NCBI GenBank assembly: GCA_045533065.1
Contig: JAZSHC010000023.1
Span: forward strand, 15,332-79,331
From: Acutalibacteraceae bacterium
Lineage (GTDB): Bacteria; Bacillota; Clostridia; Oscillospirales; Acutalibacteraceae
Direction: 5' to 3'
Length of the DNA stretch: 64,000 nucleotides
The position numbers and the translations under genes are program-made. The notes below the pieces were generated by a model. It had not been told where the DNA came from. It worked only from the letters and a program-made list of their open reading frames with translations, and ran no database searches. Numbering within the stretch: position 1 is the stretch's first letter; every line of letters begins with the position of its first letter. This document shows, piece after piece, positions 56,900 through 64,000 of the stretch.

Positions 56900-56963
56900 T
56901 TAATTCCGCTCGCCGCAAGGCGTTACTTTCTTGAAAGAAAGTAACCAAAGAACTTTTGATTTT

Positions 56964-59369
56964 TTATCTGATTGTTCCTGTGTGCCAGATGTCTCTTGCA
57001 TAATCGTTGATTGCACGGTCAGCAGCAAAACGGCCTGCACCTGCAATGTTCATAAGTGACATTTTGTTCCAAAGGGTTCTGTCCTTCCATACCTCGTCAA
57101 TCTTCTTCTGAGCAACTCTGTAATCGGCAAAATCTGCAAGAACCATGTAAGGATCGTGGTGGATGATTGTGTTGCCGATTTCGGGGAACTGCTTTCCTGA
57201 GAAGCCTGCCTGAATGAATTCGATAACCTTGCGAAGCTCTGCATTGTTATTGAAATAGTTAATGGGCTGATAGCCTCTCTTTTTAAGATCGTTGACTTCG
57301 GGAGTTGTCATACCGAACAGGAACATGTTTTCGTCACCGACTGCTTCGTTGATTTCAACGTTTGCACCGTCAAGGGTACCGAGAGTGAGTGCGCCGTTGA
57401 TCATAAACTTCATGTTACCTGTACCGCTTGCCTCTGTACCTGCAAGGGAAATCTGCTCACTGATATCAGCGGCAGGCATAAGCACCTCTGCCATTGATAC
57501 GTTGTAATCTTCAAGATATACAACCTTGAGTCTGCCCTTCATGTCGGGGTCATTGTTGACAAGGTCAGCGAGGGCACAGATCATTTCAATGATTTTCTTT
57601 GCAACAAAGTAGCCCGATGCAGCCTTTGCACCGAAGATGTATGTGTGAGGCACATAGTCACCGTCGGGATTTTCCTTAATTTCCAGATATCTTGCAATAA
57701 TCTGAAGAGCATTCAGATGCTGACGCTTGTATTCGTGAAGTCTCTTGACCTGTACGTCGAAAATTGAGTTGGGGTCAAGAGTGATACCTGTCTTTTTCTT
57801 AACAAGAGCTGCAAGCCTCTTTTTGTTGGAAAGCTTGATTTTTTCAAGTTTTGCCAGCACTTTTTTATCGTCTGCAAACTTCTTGAGCTTAAGAAGCTCA
57901 TCTGCATCATAAACAAAGCCGTCACCGATAAGCTCAGTTACATAGGATGAAAGCTCGGGGTTTGCCTGGCAGAGCCAACGTCTGTGAGCAATACCGTTTG
58001 TTACATTCTTGAACTTGTCGGGAGTAAGGTTATAGTAATCGTTGAAAATTGTATCCTTGAGAATCTGGCTGTGAAGTGCAGAAACACCGTTTACACTGTG
58101 ACATGTTGCAACACAGAGGTTTGCCATTCTGATAACACCGTTTGATGTAACAGCCATTGCCTCAACCTTGCCTGCATCGTGGGTCATTTCCCAGATGTGA
58201 GCGCGGTAACGGTTATCAATTTCCTTAACAATCTGATAGATTCTGGGAAGGAGAGTTTTGAACAGGTCTTCAGGCCAGCATTCAAGTGCTTCCTTCATAA
58301 CTGTGTGGTTGGTGTAAGCAGTTGCTTTTGTTACAATGCTCCATGCATCGTCCCAGCCATAGCCGCATTCATCAAGAAGAATACGCATAAGCTCGGGAAT
58401 TGAAAGGGTGGGGTGAGTATCGTTGATGTGAACAGCATTCTTTTCATGGAAGTTGTCCATTGAACCGAAATGTCTCAGATGTCTTGCAACGATGTCCTGA
58501 ACGGATGCAGAAACAAGGAAGTACTGCTGCTTAAGACGAAGGCTCTTACCCTCATAGTGATTGTCGGAGGGATAGAGGATTTTGCTGATAACCTCAGCCA
58601 TTGCCTGCTGCTCCATAGCCTTCATATACTGACCCTGGTCGAAAAGCCTCATATCAAGTGAGGGAGCTTCGCTCTTCCAGAGACGGAGAATTGAAATACC
58701 CTTACCGTCCTTACCGCTGACATACATGTCATAGGGTACTGCAACGATGGTCTGAGCGTTTCTGTGTTCAACACTGTGATAGTGTGTATCCCAGATGTCA
58801 ACAATTTCACCGCCGAATTTAACTTCAACGGTATCCTTTTCTCTTGCCTTGAGCCATACCTCACCGCCGGGAAGCCAGAAGTCGGGAAGCTCTGTCTGCC
58901 AGCCGTCAACAAGCTTCTGCTTGAAAATGCCGCATTCGTAAAGAATGCTGTAGCCCATACCGTAGTAGCCCTGAGTTGCAAGACCGTCGAGGTAGCAGGC
59001 TGCAAGTCTGCCGAGGCCGCCGTTACCGAGACCTGCATCGGGTTCGCATTCAAAAAGTCTGTCAAGCTTGATGCCCATATCCTTAAGAGCATCAGCAAAG
59101 GTTTTTGTGAGATTGAGATTGTAAAGGTTATTTTTGAGAGAGCGGCCCATAAGAAATTCCATGCTGAGATAGTAAATCTTCTTCTGCTCCTCGTTGCCCT
59201 TTTCCTTTCTGAATTCACGAAGGCCGTCGTGCATAAGCTCTCTTACAATGAGAGCCACTGCTTTATAATACTGTTCGTCTGTTGCCTCTTCGGCGCTCAC
59301 ACCGAAATAATGGGAAAGCTTACCTGTGATAAGCTCCTTTGCTTGTTTCTTTGTAAGGGAATAATTCAT
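56964..59369 (-). CDS. glgP: glycogen/maltodextrin phosphorylase
   Basis: 801 aa of the GT35 family. PLP-lysine region EASGTGNMKFMINGALTLGTLDGANVEI and N-terminal GNGGLGRLAACYLDGLAT. Confidence 0.95.
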   Translation of the reverse strand: MNYSLTKKQAKELITGKLSHYFGVSAEEATDEQYYKAVALIVRELMHDGLREFRKEKGNEEQKKIYYLSMEFLMGRSLKNNLYNLNLTKTFADALKDMGIKLDRLFECEPDAGLGNGGLGRLAACYLDGLATQGYYGMGYSILYECGIFKQKLVDGWQTELPDFWLPGGEVWLKAREKDTVEVKFGGEIVDIWDTHYHSVEHRNAQTIVAVPYDMYVSGKDGKGISILRLWKSEAPSLDMRLFDQGQYMKAMEQQAMAEVISKILYPSDNHYEGKSLRLKQQYFLVSASVQDIVARHLRHFGSMDNFHEKNAVHINDTHPTLSIPELMRILLDECGYGWDDAWSIVTKATAYTNHTVMKEALECWPEDLFKTLLPRIYQIVKEIDNRYRAHIWEMTHDAGKVEAMAVTSNGVIRMANLCVATCHSVNGVSALHSQILKDTIFNDYYNLTPDKFKNVTNGIAHRRWLCQANPELSSYVTELIGDGFVYDADELLKLKKFADDKKVLAKLEKIKLSNKKRLAALVKKKTGITLDPNSIFDVQVKRLHEYKRQHLNALQIIARYLEIKENPDGDYVPHTYIFGAKAASGYFVAKKIIEMICALADLVNNDPDMKGRLKVVYLEDYNVSMAEVLMPAADISEQISLAGTEASGTGNMKFMINGALTLGTLDGANVEINEAVGDENMFLFGMTTPEVNDLKKRGYQPINYFNNNAELRKVIEFIQAGFSGKQFPEIGNTIIHHDPYMVLADFADYRVAQKKIDEVWKDRTLWNKMSLMNIAGAGRFAADRAINDYARDIWHTGTIR

Positions 59370-59538
59370 ACAAAACCTCCAATTGTATCTATATAAACCT
59401 GCGTTTTTAGCATAGTGATATGGTTATTTTATACTAAAAACAGAGAAAAATCAACTGTAATAGAGAAAATAATAGGCTTTTATTAAAATATATTCGGGTT
59501 TTTGAGTAGTTAGTAGTCAGGAGGAATGTGGAGCTTTT

Positions 59539-60063
59539 GAATGCAGAGTGCAAAATGCAAAATGCAAAATTGCGCCGAGCATAGCACTAAAGAGCACAAT
59601 CTGCCCGCTGAGTTTACTGTGCGAATAAACCCTTACCAAGTAAAAACCAGCAGGCAGTAAAAATATTTACTCAAATTTTCAATATAAGGCAATAAGACGC
59701 TTACACGTATGTAAGCCCGAAGGGCGTATGCGGTGAATGGGGCGGATATAAGGCTAAAGGAAAAACCATGCGTATGACAAAAGAGGGCGCTTTGCATACT
59801 TTGGCGCCTGACTGTGCCAAAGTATGTGCCCTAGCGGCATGAGCGCTCCGGGGAAGGTTGCAGTGAAATGGAATATAGTTAGGTAAGCACCGGCTCTCTT
59901 AATCGGCAACGATGTAAAGGTAAGTCACGGACCGTCGAGGACGCCGGTCCCTACAAATAAAATTAAACAAAGGGTTGCCGCACAGTAAACTCAGCGGGTA
60001 GATTGTACCCTTTTGCACTGAAGCTCGGCGCAATTCTGCACTTTGCATTTTGCATTCTGCATT
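59539..60063 (+). repeat. intergenic inverted-arm element, copy 2 (about 525 bp)
   Basis: Left arm 59539..59623 and right arm 59975..60063 are imperfect reverse complements over about 85 nt. The conserved 120-nt core block 59655..59774 differs from copy 1 at 4 positions by my count. Confidence 0.8.
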
Positions 60064-60091
60064 AAAAAAAGCTCCCCGAAGGGAGCTTTTT
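60064..60091 (-). terminator. rho-independent terminator of the two-gene membrane-protein operon
   Basis: On the minus strand: AAAAAAGCTCCC, loop TTCG, GGGAGCTTTTTTT, immediately after the TGA at 60094..60092. It abuts the right end of element copy 2. Confidence 0.8.
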
Positions 60092-60601
60092 TCAGATAAA
60101 GAAAATAACAAGAACACCGATAACAGCAGCAAGGAAGGTGATGCTGTATCTTTCAAGGAATGCACCCGCATAGCAGATAACTGCTCCGGGAGTGTAAAGA
60201 ATCTTCTGCAGAATGTTGCCTTTTTTGTAAACCTTTTCCATCATGTTCATGGCATCCTCAATAAGAGGGAAGCTGTTGCAGAAAAGTGAAAAGGCAAACC
60301 ATACACTTACACTTGACAAAATTGAAGCGGGAAGTGAGGACGCTCTGATAATCGCAGGGAAAATGAGAAGGAACATTATTCCGATTGCGTTCATGAAAAG
60401 AGGTACAAAGCAAAGAGCAAAGGAGCCCTGAGCAGTGGCTGTGAATTCGTGTTCAACGTGGCCGCTCATTTCGTCGTCTCTCATATATCTGTTGTCTTCA
60501 ACAACGGTTTTTGTGCATCTTAATACAATCTGTTCCCACATTGCTCTTACATAAGCGCCGGGAAAGGTGAGATATCTTATCAGAATGTAGAGAAATGTCA
60601 T
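60092..60601 (-). CDS. hypothetical polytopic membrane protein
   Basis: 169 aa with 4 predicted hydrophobic helices. Its start overlaps the upstream gene stop by 4 nt (ATGA), suggesting translational coupling. I recognise no family. Confidence 0.6.
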   Translation of the reverse strand: MTFLYILIRYLTFPGAYVRAMWEQIVLRCTKTVVEDNRYMRDDEMSGHVEHEFTATAQGSFALCFVPLFMNAIGIMFLLIFPAIIRASSLPASILSSVSVWFAFSLFCNSFPLIEDAMNMMEKVYKKGNILQKILYTPGAVICYAGAFLERYSITFLAAVIGVLVIFFI

Positions 60602-62097
60602 GCGATATCGCCTCCTTTATCCTTGAGAACTTCTTCAATTGAGATTTTGTCAGCCTTATATTTTTCAACCAGGTCGCTGATTTTATATCCGTTTGTTTCG
60701 AGCACGTTTTTCATGCCTTCATAAATCTCGGTGTCACCGTTATAAAGTCCGATAAGGGCATAAAGGTTACACTGGGCAACATTGTATGAGCCGCTGTTCA
60801 TGAATTCCTGCATTTCCTGAAGAGCAACACTGCCTTCACCCTGAAGAAGGTATGCAACTGCAAGAATCTGCTTGTAGCTCATATCACCTGTATATGCATT
60901 TTCAGCAGCCGTTTTACCGATTTCGAGCATCTTTTCAGCATCGGGAGTTTCAAGATAACGGAAATATGCCGCATAGGCAACATAGGCATTTGAATCCTGC
61001 TTGTTTATTTTAATAAGTCTGTTATAGCAGTCTTCAACAAGCTCACCGTCACCTGCCATTGCAGCAACGGAGCAGAGGGTGGGAAGGTATACCCATTCAT
61101 CACCCTTGTATTTTTTGTCCATTTCAAGAAGGGCGTTGAGACGGTCTTCAACACTGTCGCCTCTGAGTCTTTTTACCTCATAGGCAAAGTAATCTATAAA
61201 GAGGTCAGCATATTTTTTGCTGCCGTCTTCGTTGGTTTCCTCTCTGAGAGCGTCAAGCTCACCGAGAATTTTTTCATAATCCGCATCCTTGCCCGTAAAA
61301 GCAGGGGATACAATTTCCGATACCGCATAATAGGTTTCGGTGTGGAGCTCTGTTTTTTCAATTATCCTGCGGTATTTTATGTTCCATGGCATTTTAAGGT
61401 CTGTTTCACTGTAATACTGATTGATAAGCTTTGCAGCGTCAGACAGATAGCCTGTTTTTGCATAGTCTTCAATGAGGTTGTTTACCGCAGACATTGAAAC
61501 ATTTTCACCGTCAACGGATGTGAGGTATTGATAGTAGCTCTGCATTGCAGACATGATTTTGCCTTCACTGTGGTTTGAGTAACCTTCAATGAGATACATG
61601 TTTGTGTCAACGGCAGTGATTGAAGTGAAAGCAGTAGCAATGAAAACAGCAATCATGAGAATAAACATGAGAATTCCTGTTTTTCTTAAGGGATAGCGCT
61701 TCATGAAGCTTCTGCAGGTTTCACAGTAGGGATAATCCTCACCGTACTGCTTTGCTCTGGGGTTTTCTTCGCAGCAGTCGCATTTTTCTTCTTCATTTTC
61801 TTCGTCTTCAACAGGCTCTTCCTCTATATCGGTAAGCTCCTGAATCAGTTCTCCCTGTTCTGCATTTTCTGCCGCCTTATCAAGCTCCTGCTGAAACATG
61901 TCTCTGATTTCTTCAAGCTCTTCGTGAAGGTTTTTTTCTTCACTGTCGGCAACTTCTTCAGTTTCCTGAACGGTACCGTCAATATTTTCGTCTGTTACCT
62001 CTTCGGGCAAAAGTTCTTTTTCTTTTTCGTCCAAGGTTAACGCCTCCTTTTTTGAGTTTAACATTGCTATTCTATCACTGTTTTGAGCAAAAAGCAA
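60598..62097 (-). CDS. membrane protein: acidic N-terminus, Cys4 zinc-ribbon-like motif, one TM helix, TPR-like extracytoplasmic domain
   Basis: The ORF is open from 62097. The best start is probably TTG 62034 (AAAGGAGG 8 nt upstream) or ATG 62064. It contains CDCCEENPRAKQYGEDYPYCETC, then the TM helix ILMFILMIAVFIATAFTSI, then Tyr/Ala-rich helical repeats. Confidence 0.65.
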   Translation of the reverse strand: MLFAQNSDRIAMLNSKKEALTLDEKEKELLPEEVTDENIDGTVQETEEVADSEEKNLHEELEEIRDMFQQELDKAAENAEQGELIQELTDIEEEPVEDEENEEEKCDCCEENPRAKQYGEDYPYCETCRSFMKRYPLRKTGILMFILMIAVFIATAFTSITAVDTNMYLIEGYSNHSEGKIMSAMQSYYQYLTSVDGENVSMSAVNNLIEDYAKTGYLSDAAKLINQYYSETDLKMPWNIKYRRIIEKTELHTETYYAVSEIVSPAFTGKDADYEKILGELDALREETNEDGSKKYADLFIDYFAYEVKRLRGDSVEDRLNALLEMDKKYKGDEWVYLPTLCSVAAMAGDGELVEDCYNRLIKINKQDSNAYVAYAAYFRYLETPDAEKMLEIGKTAAENAYTGDMSYKQILAVAYLLQGEGSVALQEMQEFMNSGSYNVAQCNLYALIGLYNGDTEIYEGMKNVLETNGYKISDLVEKYKADKISIEEVLKDKGGDIA

Positions 62098-62140
62098 TAA
62101 TTGTCAGAGCAATTGTAGTTAAATAACTTTTATTTAACTT

Positions 62141-62800
62141 TAAATTCGCCATTCCCAATTCGCAATTCCCAATCGCGCCGAGCTACAGTGCAAAAGGGCA
62201 CAATCCACCCGCTGAATTTACTGTGCGGCAACCCTTTACCTAATAAAAATCAGCGGACAGTAAAAATATTTGCTCAAATTATCAATATAAGACAATAAGA
62301 CGCTTACCCGTATGTAAGCCCGAAGGGCGTATGCGGTGAATGGGGCGGATATAAGGCTAAAGAAAAAACCATGCGTATAGCAAAAAAGGGCGCTTTGCAT
62401 ACTTTGGCGCCTGACTGTGCCAAAGTATGTGCCCCAGCGGCATGAGCTGTCCGGGGATGGTTGCCGTGAAATGGAACATAGTGAAGGCAAGCACTTGATT
62501 GGGTGATGGATGGGTAACGCCCTCTCCGTCACTGCGTGACACCTCTCCCAAAGGGAGAGGCAAGACGCCCACAAAAAAAACAGGGATGACGAAGACGTCA
62601 CCCCTACATAATTAAACTCAGCGGGTAGATTGTACCCTTCACCACCTTGTGGGGCGCAATTTTGCACTTTGCACTTTGCATTCTGAATTTTAAAAAGAAC
62701 GACCGTTGGTCGTCCTTTTTGTAAATTCGGCGGGTAGATTGTGCCCTTTTGCACTGTAGCTCGGCGTAATTACGAATTGCGAATTACGAATTGCGAATTG
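62141..62800 (+). repeat. intergenic inverted-arm element, copy 3 (about 660 bp; outer arms use AATTCGC heptamers)
   Basis: Left arm 62141..62229. Core block 62258..62377 (3 differences from copy 1 by my count). Inner right arm about 62610..62687. Hairpin 62690..62720. Outer right arm 62722..62800, whose last bases overlap the queH stop region. Confidence 0.8.
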
Positions 62801-63392
62801 AATAAGCGCATCCGCAGTAGTTCTGCCTGTAAAGGTTGTGCTCCTTGGAAAGCTCAATTGACCTTTTGTATCCGTTTTTCTTTTTGAAATCCGAGGGCAG
62901 ATGAGAAACTCCGTATTCCTGCTGAAGCATTTCACCGATTTCGTTTATTTTTTCTGCATTTTTAAGGGGACTGATTGTGAGGGTTGTTGTGAAATAGTCA
63001 AAGCCCTTTTCCTTTGCAAGCTCTGCCGTTTTGCGAAGGCGCATTTCATAACAGGAAAAGCACCTTATACCGCCTTCCCTTTCCTTTTCCATGCCCTTGA
63101 CACAGCTGTAAAACTCATCGGGATTGAAGTCGCCCTCAATTACCGAGACCTTATGTTTGTATTCACTTTCAGCTATAAGCCTTTTTATTTCCTCAACCCT
63201 GTGAGCATACTCCTCGTGGGGATATATGTTTGGATTATAACAAAATACGGTTATGCTGAAATATTCACTCAGATACTCAAGGCAGTAACTGCTGCAGGGA
63301 GCACAGCAGGCATGCAAAAGCAAGGTAGGTACAAGTCCTGCCTTTTGATTTTCAGCAATTATTTTGTCAAGTTCTTTCTGATAGTTACGCAT
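62784..63392 (-). CDS. queH: epoxyqueuosine reductase QueH
   Basis: 202 aa, DUF208/QueH pattern: LLLHACCAPCSSY, CYNPNIYP, and NYCGCAYS near the C-terminus. Confidence 0.9.
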   Translation of the reverse strand: MRNYQKELDKIIAENQKAGLVPTLLLHACCAPCSSYCLEYLSEYFSITVFCYNPNIYPHEEYAHRVEEIKRLIAESEYKHKVSVIEGDFNPDEFYSCVKGMEKEREGGIRCFSCYEMRLRKTAELAKEKGFDYFTTTLTISPLKNAEKINEIGEMLQQEYGVSHLPSDFKKKNGYKRSIELSKEHNLYRQNYCGCAYSIRNS

Positions 63393-63438
63393 GAGGGGTA
63401 CTCCTTTTTGTTCTGACCCGTTTCTTTATCAACATCAA

Positions 63439-63464
63439 AAGCTCCCGAAAAGTTTCGGGAGCTT
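63439..63464 (-). terminator. rho-independent terminator of the upstream partial gene
   Basis: AAGCTCCCGAAA / TTTCGGGAGCTT 12-bp stem, followed on the minus strand by TTTTGATGTT, 7 nt after the stop at 63471. Confidence 0.7.
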
Positions 63465-63470
63465 CTTTGC

Positions 63471-64000
63471 TCATTTAACCTCTAAGACAAGGCTTGAAAA
63501 ATCTGCAATAATTTTTGATGCAGTTGAATCGCCGAGAGAAACAAATTCAAGGCTCTTGCTGTCTTCGTGAATCATGGGCATGTAATCGTTATCGGGAACT
63601 ATGTAACCGATCTGGTCATTTGCAAGGCCGAGAACATGAAGTGTTCTGCCTTCTGCATTTTCTGTTACGATATCCTGAAGTGAAGGATACTCAAAGTCTT
63701 CACCGCTCCAGGAGTAATCAGCTGAAAGATATCCTCCGTAAGCAATTTCCGGAGCAAGCTCACCGGGGATAATTGCAAATGCAAGGTCTTCACCGATTTC
63801 CATATAACCGACCTCAGTAACAACTGAGTATACACCGTCAACCTTTTTAACGCAGTTTTCAAAAAGACCTGCCTTACCTGCAACAACAAGCACCTGATTG
63901 TCGATGGGAAGAATAACTTCCTTATATCTGATGTTGAGAAGGGGCTGAACCTCAGCTTCTTCGGTGATTGCCATAAGGTCATTTGCAATTGCCTTACCGA
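63471..64000 (-). CDS. hypothetical protein, N-terminus outside window
   Basis: The frame stays open upstream of the ORF-track Met (in-frame codons GKAIANDL precede it up to base 63998), so this is the C-terminal 176 or more residues of a larger protein. I cannot assign a function confidently. Confidence 0.55.
   Translation of the reverse strand, partial: GKAIANDLMAITEEAEVQPLLNIRYKEVILPIDNQVLVVAGKAGLFENCVKKVDGVYSVVTEVGYMEIGEDLAFAIIPGELAPEIAYGGYLSADYSWSGEDFEYPSLQDIVTENAEGRTLHVLGLANDQIGYIVPDNDYMPMIHEDSKSLEFVSLGDSTASKIIADFSSLVLEVK

Noticed and set aside
56486-56944. ORFs inside the repeat elements (56486..56716 +, 56735..56944 +, 59899..60171 -, 62236..62754 -, 62357..62572 -, 62690..62935 -)
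   Set aside because: They have no RBS. Their frames are not conserved between the three element copies (indels and substitutions break them), and the translations are low-complexity. They are by-products of the repeat sequence.
56921-56945. Palindrome GTTACTTTCTT-GAA-AGAAAGTAAC just downstream of the glgP stop, as a terminator
   Set aside because: It is a good stem, but no T-run follows on the minus strand. It may act together with the adjacent element arm, so I did not call it as a terminator.
55419-62800. CRISPR array possibility raised by the short tandem repeats and palindromes
   Set aside because: The repeats are 7-nt units in arrays of 4-5 forming inverted arms, not 25-40-nt direct repeats separated by unique spacers. 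No cas genes are present.

Overview
This 64-kb chromosomal segment looks like a Clostridia-class Firmicute; that taxon call is an inference from AGGAGG-type RBSs, TTGACA/TATAAT promoters, hairpin plus T-run terminators and gene content. Bases 1-17.1 kb and 55.4-64 kb carry ordinary housekeeping and metabolic genes: PHP phosphoesterase, MTA/SAH nucleosidase, MATE efflux, secreted lipase, RsuA-type pseudouridine synthase, two HAD hydrolases, an EIIC-like permease, dTDP-glucose 4,6-dehydratase, a FliB-like Cys-rich protein, a TAXI-TRAP transporter, shikimate kinase, flavin reductase, AGE epimerase plus N-acetylneuraminate lyase, glycogen phosphorylase and QueH. The centre (17.5-55.3 kb, about 58% of the window) is a two-gene locus on the minus strand. 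A 2,386-aa secreted repeat protein is followed by one uninterrupted 30,003-nt ORF. That ORF encodes a 10,000-aa secreted, acidic protein built from 15 divergent 466-800-aa modules that I cannot assign to any known family. Each gene has its own promoter (sharing an identical 17-nt core), a paralogous leader and its own terminator, and both proteins end in an aromatic/lysine amphipathic tail. Separately, three copies of a 0.5-0.66-kb intergenic element lie between minus-strand genes at 56.2, 59.5 and 62.1 kb. These elements have long inverted arms built from heptamers and a 120-nt near-identical core. I recognised no rRNA, tRNA, CRISPR array, transposase or phage gene by eye. All functional calls come from reading the translations; no database search was possible.
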